Of a stretch of 60,000 nt of DNA, positions 1-11,379 are shown piece after piece. The stretch lies in contig NW_024704743.1 in the NCBI RefSeq assembly GCF_018977255.1, forward strand, positions 26,786,001-26,846,000. The letters run 5' to 3'. The translations under genes and the position numbers were made by a program. The stretch is from Callorhinchus milii (Eukaryota). The notes under the pieces are model-generated. The model was not told where the DNA came from and did no database searches. It worked only from the letters and a program-made list of their open reading frames with translations. Each line of letters begins with the position of its first letter. The stretch's first letter is position 1.

Positions 1-478
1 TTCTTTTTGAAGTGCTGTGACTCCTGTTTTGTCGGAAAGTTCTGATTGTTTTATCCCCAAGTTTCCAATGTGCCAGTTCACAAGAACACTGAAACATTTT
101 GTGGCAGATGTGTTATCCACAAACACAACTTGAAAACATATGTTGTCACAATCCCTTATAATTACTTCTGCACGAAAGAGGATGATGGGCGGCATTTCAG
201 CTGGCGTTTCCATCGTCTGACTGCCAACATCTTAACATGAAGGATCTCAGGCTAATTTCAACCAAAGGTGGGAGATAGCTACCATTCTTTCTTGATCAAA
301 CATGGAATGTGAATACTTACATCTGATTTCTTGTGTTTTTGAGTTTGCAAATAGTCGGCTTCAACCTCAATTGATAGTTCATTTCTCAGTATGCATCACT
401 CTCCTTCCTATTTAGCATAGATATCTGGACCTTCTCTTTTCGCTTCTGCTCATTTGGTTAACTTAACTGAGCTGAATT

Positions 479-650
479 ACATGGAATATTAAGCACAGAA
501 ACAGGTTATTCTGGTCAATTAGTTTGTGCCAGAGTTTATACCCCGCGTGAGTCTTTACCACTCCTGATTCCCTCCTCTACACCCCTCAATTCCCTTCTCT
601 TTCATGTATGCATCAAGTTTCCTATTAAATACACTGATGCTTTCTGCTTT
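479..650 (-). mobile_element. CR1 LINE 3' end fragment
   Basis: Reverse complement of a CR1 3' terminus (acatggaat..gcacagaaacaggttattc..), similar to the tail at 58826-58960. Confidence 0.65.
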
Positions 651-651
651 A

Positions 652-1130
652 ATGATAATAATCCTTGCACTTGATACAGCGCATTATCACGTCTTTAAGA
701 CATCTCAAAGCACTTCACAGAATATATTGTAAAGTGGATTGACTGTGTCAATCCTTGTCAATCCTTCTTGTCCCCGAGTCCTCCACTCCACCCTCAGCAG
801 CCGAGCCTTCAGCCACTATGCCCCGAGGCTCTGGAACTGCCTTCCTCACTCCCTTCATCTCGCTCTCTCTCTTCCCATTTTCAGGTCTCTGCTGAAGACC
901 TTTCTTTTCAACCGCGCCTTTGGTCACCTTCCCCCCCCCCCGGATCCGAAACTATAAAGCGAAGTGAGACGCCGTCCGGCGTGGAGGGCGCTATATAAAT
1001 CCAAGTTGTTGTTGTGTGTTTCTTTGTCGAATGCGACGGCAAATCGTGCACAGCAGTGTTTCACAAACAGTTGTGGACTGAGTGATCAAATTATTGTTTT
1101 GGGATTTTTTTTTGAAGGGATTATTACCCC
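652..1130 (-). mobile_element. SINE 3' half (shared tail), split by an L2 insertion at 749-1016
   Basis: ataatccttgcacttgatacagcgc..gattgactgtgt resumes at 1017 as ..gtgcacagcagtgtttcacaaacagttgtgg; matches the reverse complement of 13400-13600. Confidence 0.85.
749..1016 (+). mobile_element. L2 LINE 3' end (5'-truncated)
   Basis: ORF 739-957 carries the L2 ORF2 C-terminal motif RAFSHYAPRLWNCLP..FRSLLKTFLF; 3' stem-loop and (GTT)n tail. Confidence 0.9.
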
Positions 1131-1466
1131 CTAGTTAATTTGTGGGATCTATCTGTTTTTCGCAGAATTTACAGTTGATGCCGAGTGCCATCGTTTTAAA
1201 AATCGTAGCATTGGTCTTTGAACTGTTAACAACAGCGTAACTATTTACTCACACCTCCCAGCAAATCAGGAGGGTTTCGGGATTGACCCATGTTCGGACG
1301 CCGCAATATATTCTTCCCGGCGTGACCATTACAAGACAAATGAACAATCCCCTCCCTTCACTTTACTAAAGAATTCTCAGTTATGAATTGTAATGTGGTC
1401 ACAGTACAATACAGTATAATTCTGAGTGACAAATTACAGTTTGGTGTTGACATGCTCCCACAGCCA

Positions 1467-1539
1467 ACTGTGCAGCGCCTTGGGACGTCCTCCTGACGTG
1501 AAAGGCGCTTTATAAATGGAATCTTGTTGTTGTTGTTGT
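1467..1539 (+). mobile_element. L2 3' terminal stub
   Basis: cagcgccttgggacgtcctcctgacgtgaaaggcgc..(ttg)n, near-identical to the tail at 52850-52917. Confidence 0.85.
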
Positions 1540-1569
1540 AGGGATTTATACCAGTTTCGTTGCCTCAAA

Positions 1570-2100
1570 GAAGCTCTTTAGATGTTTGAATCAAAGCTTC
1601 CAGCAGTGAGTTCCACATTTCTACCACTTTCTGCCTATACTCTCTTTTAGACATGCTTCTACGTATCTCATATTTATTCCCCATCATTTTGTATGCACCC
1701 ACAAGTGAAACCAGCCCATTAACCATAACCAGCTGACTCCATTTCAGTTGATTCACTCTACAGTATATTCTGTGAAGTGCTTTGAGTTGTCCAGAAGACA
1801 TGAAAAGTGCTATATCAAATGCAAGTATTATTATTAACATCTTATTGGATCCTTTCAGAATTTCAGAATAGCTATATGAGTTCCCCTCTCAATTACCTCA
1901 TCTACAAAGAAAAGCTTTAACTAATGCAATCTTTCTTGATAGTTATATCCACTTATCCCTAATAATAATAATGATAAGGCACTATATCAAATGCAAGGAT
2001 TATTATTATTTTATATATCCCTGGTAAAGTTACAATAAATCTATGCTGCACGCTCTCCACTGCTACAACATCCTTCCTGTAGTAGGATCCTTGATCAGAA
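1570..2100 (-). mobile_element. Degraded CR1 fragment interrupted by plus-strand SINE tails (about 1750-1836 and 1970-2010)
   Basis: Minus frame QKVVEMWNSL matches the CR1 QRVVNLWNSL motif; SINE tails end atcaaatgcaag(g/t)attattatt. Confidence 0.65.
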
Positions 2101-2220
2101 ACCTTGCCTACTTCTCTCCATTTCAATCTCCTTCACAGGTGAAACCCTTATTCTTCCCTTACTATCCTCCTGGGGTGGGGGGGATATGACTAATCCCATA
2201 TCACAACTCAAATTTACATA

Positions 2221-2462
2221 GTCTAAACTGACACTCCAATTCAGTGCTGGGGGAGTGTTGCATTGTCAGAGGTATCATCTTTCAGATGAGATGTTAAATC
2301 GAGGTCCCATCTACCTGTTCAGGTGAACATAAAAGATCCCATGGCACTATTTGAAAAGAGAAGGGAGTTTCTCCGTGTGACCTGGTCATGGTCAACAATC
2401 TCCCAAATAAAATTGGTCATTTGTTTCATGGCTGTTTGTGGGACATTGATGTGCGCAATTGT
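2221..2462 (+). mobile_element. Deu-domain SINE body (SacSINE1/AmnSINE1-like)
   Basis: tctttcagatgagatgttaaatcgaggtccc..aaagatcccatggcactatttgaa..ggctgtttgtgggacatt. Confidence 0.85.
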
Positions 2463-2534
2463 GCTAGGTGATAGGTTTCAGCATGCGTCAAAAAATTTTG
2501 CCTTTGTCACAGCGGGGTTGGATTTCTCCTTTTG

Positions 2535-2720
2535 TTAAGACCCTCAACTCCATCCTCCACATGCTCTAATTTATCCAAAACACATAACCTCTCCCATCTA
2601 TCCTCGCCAGATTCCACTGACTCCCAGTATCCCAGTGGTTGTCTTTGTCTTGAACTTCAAATCCCTTCCCAGCCTTGCCCCTTCCTATGTCAATGTCCTT
2701 CAAACCTAATCTTCCACCTA
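2535..2720 (+). mobile_element. Degraded L2 ORF2 fragment
   Basis: C-rich; resembles the LHWLP..FK..LAP region of 52500-52620. Confidence 0.5.
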
Positions 2721-3682
2721 TGCTTTCTACTTTTCTAGCCCTGGATAGTTCATTCCTGTAGCATAGCTGGGCATTAAACATCAAACCGTTTTTATTTATA
2801 GATGGCACAACAAATATCCATTATTCTTTTATCTGTATTTCTCTCCTCAACACATGTTGCTGAGTTTTTTTGTTCACTGAATTATTTTATATCATTATAT
2901 GGCATATAAAAGGTGGTGGTCAGAACAAGAGTTGTTGTAAATAGAAACCTGCTTTCTGGATTATTTCCCATTGCATAATATTAATTGCCATCTGTCATTC
3001 AATTGCTCAGTTGCTCAGTGTCCCCAGATCCATTTAAACAATATCTATTTCCTCAGAACATGCTGCTTTCCCACATAACGTTATACATTGTAATGCATAT
3101 AGGTAGTGCAATCTGCTTCCAATATCTTAGTCAAGGTCACTCAAAAATATTATGTACAGCAGGAGCCCCAGGCCCAATCCCTGTAGGTGTTCTGCTGGCT
3201 GTAGCTGCCCAATTAAAACGATTAACATTGATAACTACCCTCTGTTTGCTATTATCTTCTCAATTAATAATCCAATTTATAGTTTCATCTTGGAGCCCAT
3301 TAGCTTTCATTTTAGCTAACATGACTCTTACAAAAGACCATTTAAATGCTTCCTGAAAGTCAAAATGTCTAATGATGTATTCACTACCTAGTCCCATTTT
3401 CACTAATCCTCTTTCATGCTAAATCTTATTTGAATAGGTTTGTTTGGTTTAGACTGTCTTTTAGAAGTCTAAATTGACTTGGAACATCACCATTTACTCT
3501 TCCTGAATTTACCTGACTTGTGACCTTAATAATTTTATGATGTGGCCCCAGAAATTCCCCACTATAGTTGTACAGGCATACAATTTTCAGGATCATACTT
3601 TTGTTCTTTGTAAAAAGTTTTGAATCCCATCAGTGAGCAATGCACCTTCTGTAGGATAAGCTGTTAGCAGATCTGACAAGGT

Positions 3683-3785
3683 GTCTGCATGACTCAGTTG
3701 GTAGCGCTCTTGCCACTGAAACAGAAGCTTGTGGATTCAAGCCCCGCATCATAAGTTTCAGCTCACAGTTCAGTCTGATGCTCTG
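3683..3785 (+). mobile_element. Deu-SINE tRNA-like head
   Basis: A-box tgactcagttggtagc and B-box gattcaagccc. Confidence 0.7.
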
Positions 3786-3902
3786 TCAGAGTTGTGTTCT
3801 GCCCAACAATCTTCCATTTAAATTGGTCCTTCACTTCTTAGCTGTTATCAAATATGATGGTAGCAAGTCATGGTACTTACTGTAGGCATTTCCAATAGAG
3901 GT

Positions 3903-4142
3903 AATGAGGTCTAAAATGCAAAATTCGCAAACTGGATTTGAGACGTTAACTGAAAAATATCGGCTTATTTTTGGACTTTGCCAGTCTAGGGCTTCACAGT
4001 TTGCAACATGCGAATCTCAATCCAAAATTCGAAAAATTACAAACTGTATTCAAGCCAAGAGCATTATTTGTGAATATCACATTATAGACGCATTCCAGTT
4101 AGACTGGAGTTGTGAAAATAACTAGGATTTTTTAGATCCATT
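3903..4142. mobile_element. MITE-like element with degenerate terminal inverted repeats
   Basis: aatgaggtctaaaa at the left versus ttttagatccatt at the right; a similar terminus recurs near 25281-25292 and 59626. Confidence 0.45.
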
Positions 4143-4144
4143 CT

Positions 4145-4215
4145 TTGTCTTCTCTGTTCCAGAATTGCACAAACTACTCCAAATGTGGCCTAATAACTAT
4201 CTTGTGCAGTGTTTT
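4145..4215 (-). mobile_element. CR1 RT-downstream fragment
   Basis: Minus strand reads IRPHLE..VQFW, the CR1 motif. Confidence 0.6.
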
Positions 4216-4869
4216 TCTCTGATCCCAATTACTACTCTGAAAATGGATCTTGGGATTCTGCATGACCAAATGCTGAGTTGGCACTGGGTAGATCAAATAA
4301 GTACATTTAGCATAGAAGGTGACTGCTAATTATCTTCCCTGGGACTTGCAGGGCATTAGGTTATTAGTGTCCAGTACTCCAATTACTCGTTTAATTCCTT
4401 CCACAAATCATACAGCGACTGCTTGTTAAATCTCGGTCTACAGAAATACTGAGTCAGACCAGTCAATGAAACTACTTCACTTTCTATAGATCCTGAGGGA
4501 TTATACTCTCGTATCCAGAAGGTCTGTGTCTTAAAATAAAGCAGCTTGTTGCCTATTTCAGACTTCAGATGATATTTCCACTAGACACAGGCTTGTTAGC
4601 TAGAAGGACACTTCCTAACACCCAAGAAATAATGTTTTTACAGGCAAACTCAAAATGTCTATTTTTATAGGCATCCTCTGTGGAGCTCTGCAAATTTACA
4701 TTTCTTTCCTTGAACAGCTGGGCTGATGTGCTGAAGCAATGACAGTCAATGGAGTCCTCTTTGAGAGTGTCTGCTCCTTATCATTGGTGTGAAGGGAATA
4801 ATTCTAGAGACGTATTTACTGGTATGCTTGCTTAAACCTTTGCATCTCTAATCCTAACTCTAACATTTT

Positions 4870-5075
4870 GCTTATACAAGTTCACAAGAGAGGTTTGAAT
4901 GAAGAAGCCCCTTGACAAATCTAATTTCATCCCTCCAGAACACCCACCCAACCATTCTCCCATTACACCATCAAACTGTTTTTTCTTACTAAGTGTCAAT
5001 GTTCTGGCCTCAGCCATCCTTCCTGCCAACCTGTCCTAGTTACCCTCTGAATAAAAAATACTTCCCAGTATCTGT
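4870..5075 (-). mobile_element. CR1 3' end
   Basis: Reverse complement similar to 29280-29462 (ttcttcat..aaac..tcttgtga tail). Confidence 0.65.
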
Positions 5076-5084
5076 TTTCTCAGG

Positions 5085-5360
5085 AAGTGAATGACAGATT
5101 GTTGGATTATTGACTAGAAAACCTGGAGAAACTCTCTTCCCTTTTTGAATAGTGCCATTGGATCTTTAATATCAAACTGAATAGAACTGATGGGTCCTCG
5201 GTTTAAGGTCTCATCTGAAAGATGACACCTCCAAAAATGCAGCACACCCCCAGCACACTATTGGAGTGTTAGCTTAGTCTACATGAGTTCAGTATCTCAA
5301 CGTGGGTCTTGAACTGACAACCTCCTGACTCAGAGGCGAGAGTGATACCAACTAAGCCAT
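5085..5360 (-). mobile_element. Deu-domain SINE (head and Deu domain)
   Basis: tttgaatagtgccattggatcttt..ctcatctgaaagatgacacc..ctgactcagaggcgagagtgataccaact. Confidence 0.85.
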
Positions 5361-5826
5361 TTGCATACTATATTCAGTACTTTGCATTTATCTGTATTGT
5401 ATTTCAATTACAAGTCATGAGCCCATGTACATATCTTATCAAGCTCTTCTTGTTATACAAAATACAAGGATTATGTTGCAAGACTTTTGCTGCCTCCTCT
5501 GATTCTACATAGAATGAAATGTAGATCATAAGGACAGAAACATGTGGTCCAAAACATTCTTCTTTTGAAAAATAAAGGCATGGTAGTCCTCTGTGGATAC
5601 ATGTTTACTGTTGATGGTGCTTTCTCCTTTAACAGAGCTCATAGGTAATGTTGTTAGTGCCTCCTGGTTGGTAAATCAAGCCTGTAGAATGCATTGCCCT
5701 CTCAAAGCTTGTTAGCATAGTGAGAAGAGATGTAACAGGGAATAGAACACAGGTTCATCACTGCCTCACAGTTGCTGCATTAGATTATTGTGATACCCAT
5801 GACACAACTAAGACATTTTGCTACAC

Positions 5827-5935
5827 GATAATAATCCTTACATTTGATATAGTGCTATATTATGCTGAAACTCCTCAAAGTGCATCATAAATGTTTATGT
5901 AAAGTGTAGTGACAGTATATTTGTGGGTAAAGTGT
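5827..5935 (-). mobile_element. SINE 3' tail fragment
   Basis: ataataatccttacatttgatatagtgc.. Confidence 0.65.
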
Positions 5936-6074
5936 TGGATAATATTGTTCTGTTGTTCCCCTTGAGCATTCTTGGAATATTTGTATTTTTTGTTATCATC
6001 AAAGAGTAGTAGGTTGAAGAACGTATTTAATTTGACAGTTTCAGTGAGTGGAGTCAGCAGGTACACAGCTTGAG

Positions 6075-6212
6075 AACAGGTTGGCAGGAAGCATGGTTGA
6101 AGCCAGGATGCTGGACTCATTTGAAAGAACAGCTTGATGCTGTGATGGGAATTCTGGAAGCTTGAGATCAATTGAGCCATTGGGTCATCTTCATCCAAAC
6201 CATTCTTGTGAT
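6075..6212 (+). mobile_element. CR1 3' end
   Basis: ggttgaagccaggatgctggactcattt..cttcatccaaaccattcttgtgat; same family as 14792-14915 and 29300-29462. Confidence 0.7.
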
Positions 6213-6304
6213 AAGGAATCCGGTTACAATTCCCAATGACCCAATAGAATTCTGCTCCCGAAGGAGATTGAATTGCAGCAGAGTTCCTGCAGGTCATTGT
6301 AACA

Positions 6305-6658
6305 AATAATAATAACAATCTTTGCATTTGATATAGCACCTTATTTTGTCATTGAAACGTCTCAAAGCACTTCACAGAATATACTGTAAAGTGGATTGAC
6401 TGTACAGTTTGTGCGACAAATGCAATTGTCTGCAGCAGTGGCCCACAAAACAGTTGTGGATGGAGTGACCACAATGTTTTTTGGAAGGATTAATATCCCC
6501 AGAAAGGGATCTGGCAAACGATTAACAACCGGTTCCTATTTACTACTAGGTAAACAGAGGCCTGTGGAGTAAGGATACTTGCCTAAGATTTTGGGAATAA
6601 TACCCAGATCATCCGGTTTGTGAGGCGAGCACTCATAACTATTCTGCTACGAAACTCC
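6305..6658 (-). mobile_element. tRNA/CORE-like SINE, long subfamily
   Basis: Reverse complement of head, then tgcctctgtttacctag.agtaaataggaacc, then shared tail. Confidence 0.8.
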
Positions 6659-6807
6659 ACATACTTTAGTTCCTGGAAGGAGTCTCCATTTGTGACACTT
6701 AGATTCCTTATTAAGAAATCCTGTGAAGAAATATCACAAATTATGCTCCATCAATGTCTATTCAATTTCACACTGTTGGCATTATTTTTATAACTTTTAA
6801 CTGTTGG

Positions 6808-7198
6808 TGTCAGCTTGGCTCAGTTGGTAGCACTCTGGTAGCACAATTCAGGAATTTAAACTCACAATCTAGGCTGACACTCCAATACAGTGCTGGAGGT
6901 GTGATGAAATGTTGGAAATGCTGCCCGTGGGATGAGATGTTACCCCGAGATTTCATTTGCCTTTTCAAGTAGAAGTTAAAGATCACACAATACCATTTGA
7001 AAAGATAAGGGGGGTTCTCCTGGTGTACTGGCCAACAATTCCCCATAATAAAATTGGTCAGCCACATCATGGCTGTTTGTGGGACAATGCTGTGTACAAA
7101 TTGGCTGCTGAGCTTACCTACAAAATAACAATCACTACACTTGCTTTGCGATGTCGCGATGATGCGAACAGGCATTACATTAGATGCAAGGATTATTA
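6808..7198 (+). mobile_element. Deu-domain SINE, near full length
   Basis: gtcagcttggctcagttggtagcactct head, Deu domain, tail ..tgcaaggattatt. Confidence 0.85.
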
Positions 7199-8579
7199 AA
7201 CCAGGTCAGTACTTGCTTTTTAATTAAAAAAATCAAACGTGGACCAGAACTAAGCAGAAGGATGCTAAGGCCAACCATAATTCTTTATAACATTTCATTT
7301 TAAATAGTAGCTCTTTAATATCTCAAGTAGCTCTACAGCTCCTGGGACACAAAGCAGATGCTCCAGCCAGCAGAGATCAACAACAACAGATCTCTCTGTC
7401 ATCTTTAGTCTGTAAGGTAGGAGTTATTGGTATCATAAAAATATTAAGCGATTTATCAACAGACATGAAAAGATATAGTTGGACACACATCATAATAGAT
7501 GCATATTCCCACTTCTGAGAACTGCCGTCATCACAATATGCCTCAGTCAGTCTCCCATAGTCCTTATACTACATTTATACTGCACCTTTGGTAGTGATTT
7601 AGCATTCAATTTGTCAGCGATCCGCTGACAAATGTACAGTCTAAGCATGGAGCTCAGATAGCTCGAATCACGATGGAATCCTGCTCCTAAACATACAACC
7701 CTGGGAGCATCACCACGGAGCCCAAGTCTAAGTCATCCAATGTGCCCATAGTACGTCCCAGTAGGGTTTACTGAATAGGAATTAAATCTTCTTATTTTTC
7801 CTCTCAATCTCTTCAATGTAGTGCATCTAAAATGGCAAACAGAATCCGGAAAATTGGCTGTTTGCTAACTGCATTACCCATGTGCTCTATTGAAGGAGAA
7901 AATGCCAGCAATAATAAACATTTATCCACAGAGGACGCCCATGTCAGCAGATCCATGGAGCTTTGAGAGTTAAACCTTGCTGTATCACAGACCTGTTATT
8001 TTTTCTGGGTCAAATGGGGGTCCGATTGTCACTTAATAGTTTGTGTAATAATTGCACTTGATGAGTTGGTACTTGAAAATCACACAAAAGATTTCAGGCA
8101 CTGATGGTCCTTTGGAATTTTTTTTAGTCAATCAGAGGAGGGGAGATTTTATTATTCTGTTCTCACCTACAACAGAGAAATGGGTGACTGAAATGTTTGC
8201 CACCCCCCCTATCTTTTTAACAAAAACAGAGTTATGGAATATATAGATTATATCAGATGTATTTAGTAAAAATTCTATTCAGTGTCATGTACATCACTAA
8301 AGGCAATGCCAGCCACTAATGGGATTTCTCATTGTAGAAGCAAAGCCCCAGAGGCAATACGTGTAATCCTCAATGATTTTTTAAAATCCCATGATATTCA
8401 ACTTAAAATAACAAAACTAGTCAACAGAAAAACATTAGCATGAATTGGGTAAGTCTGAGCATAAATTGATCATTCAAACTTTTTAAAAACAAATTACTTT
8501 AGTCTTTACAGTTTACTTTAGTCTTGACAGTTCATATGTTCTGTTTCTCTACTTTTTGATTTTATTACAAATGATAAGA

Positions 8580-9418
8580 AGGTTAAAGGATGACCTGATA
8601 TCAATATTTAAGATCATGAAAGGTCGTGACAGAGTAAATACAATAGTAATAGATTATTTCCACTGGTCAGTGAGTAAGTGATGTGAAGGACTCAAAGTTA
8701 TGATAATCTCAAACGATTTAAAGGAGAGATTAGAAAATAATTATTTATGTAGACAGTGGAATTCTTGGCTTCGAACAGTTGTTGAAGCAGGGTCAATCAA
8801 TTAATTTAATTAGATAGAAAATTGCAAAAATGGAAAATAAAATAAATAATCCTTGCATTTGATATAACACCTTATCACATAGTTAAGGCATCTCAAACTC
8901 CTAACAAGATTTCACTATGAAATCGTATATTTTATAGGTGAACAGTGCACTTGCACACAGTATCCCAGAAACAGCCAGGAGTGAATGACCGTTTTTATCT
9001 TTGGAATTATTGGCCATGCCACTGGGAAAAATTCCCTTCTCTTCTCAAATAGCACCACGTGATTTTTAGTGCCCAATTGATCGGGCACAGAGGGGCTTCA
9101 ATTTTACATCACATCTCACTTCAAACAATGCAATGCTCCCCCAGCACTGTACTGAAGATTCAGCTTCAACTGTGAGCTGGGGCTAGAACCCACAAACGTC
9201 TGATTCTGCGGTGAAAGATCTACCGACTGGGTCAGGCTGATATCTAAAAGAGGGTTGAAGGGTAAGAAATCATTAAATTCAATGCCACATGTGGCAAAAA
9301 TACATCAGCTTAGACTTGATCGCCTGAATGTTTTCTTCCTGCACTGCACTGTTTCCAGCGTTCTGGATGAAGGAGATTATATAAATGCAACTTGTTGGTA
9401 AAATTCTTTGATTCTATG
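8580..9418 (+). mobile_element. CR1 3' region interrupted by a minus-strand Deu-SINE
   Basis: ggttaaaggatgacctgat..tttaagatcatgaaagg..ttatttccactgg; 3' UTR resumes after about 9245. Confidence 0.6.
8843..9243 (-). mobile_element. Deu-domain SINE, near full length
   Basis: Tail ataatccttgcatttgatat through to head ..taccgactgggtcaggctga. Confidence 0.8.
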
Positions 9419-9865
9419 AACCCAGTGTGTGAGGTGGATCTTTGCTTCAAGTAAATAAATGTTCAACAGAGAGACCTATAGCCTCCTCAAACCTGTTGAG
9501 GGTAAACCTAATAAATCACCTGATCAGAGTTTTACTAAAAAGTGTTTGGATTTTAAATTTAAAAGAATAGCTACAACACAAAATTTAGCAAGGTAAAAAC
9601 ATACCAACAATAAAGAAAAGAAATAAGCGATAATTTCTCTCCAATAATAAGAAAATTGGAAGAAAATAGATTTAAGAGACAAGTAGTGAGAAAAGAAAGG
9701 AAATCATTGAAAAATAATTATGCATGATATTTATTTTACACAGCTCTATCTGGAGCAGTTACTTTGATGTGAGAAGATTTCAGTGAAGATGAGTTGTGGA
9801 TGAATAACCTAGGAAAATTATAGTAAGGGTGACAAACCCTGGGTATTTTTGAGAACAGAAAGTAC

Positions 9866-9945
9866 AAAAACAACAACTTGCATTTATATAGCGCCCTTCA
9901 AACAGGATAGCTTGACAGTGGCAGAGTTTGACCCTGAGCCAGGGC
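9866..9945 (-). mobile_element. L2 3' terminal stub
   Basis: aacaacaacttgcatttatatagcgccc. Confidence 0.65.
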
Positions 9946-10179
9946 TACGTTAGATGTTCTTTATTAGTATAAACCCAAGAGCTGATGCTCCTATTAGCAA
10001 ACCACAGGCACAGGTGTTGAACTGAGTGGGGAAATATCATGGGGTTTCAAGGCAGTTGTTTTATTTTGCACATGCAAAAAAAAGTCTTGGTTGATTTCAA
10101 GGGTTTTTTAGGTCGTGCAGTTTCAGAAAGTGTTTGATTGAAAAAAAATAAAGTATGGACAAATTTAACACTTATCATT

Positions 10180-10608
10180 GACAGTCTGGCTTAGTCCGGA
10201 ACACTCTTACCTCTGAGTCAGAACCTTGTGCGTTCAAGTCCCATGTTGGGACTTAGAACCCATGTAGTCTGTCCTGAATCTCCAATGCAGTGCTAGGGAT
10301 GTGCCATCCTTCAGATGGGATGTTAAATCGAGGGCCCGTCTGTCTATCCAAGTGGACATTAAAGATTCTATTGCACTATTTGAAAAGAAAAGGGTATTTC
10401 TCCTGGTGTCTTGGCCAACAATCACGCAAATGTAATTGGTCATTCACTTCATGGCTGTTTGTGGGTCATTGCTGCATACAACTTAGCAGCTGTGTTCACC
10501 CAAAAAATACACACAGTCAAAGGACTTAACAGTATATTCCTGTGAAGTGATTTGAGATGTCTTAATGATGTGATCAGGTGCTGTATAAAGTGCAAGGATT
10601 ATTATTAT
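10180..10608 (+). mobile_element. Deu-domain SINE, full length
   Basis: Head (cctctgagtcagaa..gttcaagtccca), Deu domain, tail gcaaggattattatt. Confidence 0.9.
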
Positions 10609-11379
10609 TTTAAAATTATACCTGTGTCTTATTGTTAGATAAAATATTGTGATGAAAATAAATGTAGCTATACTGGGTGTACTTGTAACTAACTGAACAT
10701 TACACATGAATGTGTAAGTTACATCATATTGACAATCATTTGCCAGCTATGTAATGTAATATGAAGAGATGATAATCTTGTAATTTTAGTCAAGTAATTC
10801 CAGTGTTTAAAAAGATTCTTGCTGCACATTCAGACTCAGTTACTAACGGTTGCAGCTGCCTTTCCAAAATATTTCTGGCTGCTGTAGCTGTGTTGCTTGG
10901 TTTGTGAAGTGTGGAATTTTCTCCAGAGGATTTGATCTGGGTTTCATCAAGATCTACAATATTTGTTTTCTCTTGATTGTCGTTGAGGCTATTCTGCTGG
11001 ATGAGTCAACCTAGTGGGACAAAATTTCCGCCTAGTGCAGCAGAACCAATTATATTTTGGGTTTTAATTTGTCCAAGCCTCTTGGTGTGACATTTCTTCC
11101 CTTTTGAGCACTGGTGTGGCCATGTGTATACAGGGCTAAGAAATGGACAAACTCACTTAACTGAATGTCCACACTTATTTAATCGCAACAGAGATAAACC
11201 TGCGTAAGAGCATCCTGGAACAAGTAGGTGAAAGGATAGATTAATTAAAATGTAACGGTTAAACGTAATGGTGTGTCTTCACTTCCTGATGCCTTTTTCA
11301 AATCCGCTAGGATAGGGTAAGTATAGTGTATATTCTACTATCCTTCCGCTACCTTGTCCTTCTTTCCCTCCCAGTCTCT

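Noticed and set aside
3881..3910. 30-nt minus-strand microexon (ttttgcattttag| .. CA|GTAAGT)
   Set aside because: The acceptor lies in a MITE-like terminus, the peptide is unrecognised, and the strand conflicts with the other signals; not excluded, but unsupported
5875..6339. 154-aa minus-strand ORF
   Set aside because: It runs through a SINE tail, antisense CR1 and another SINE tail, so it is a composite and spurious frame
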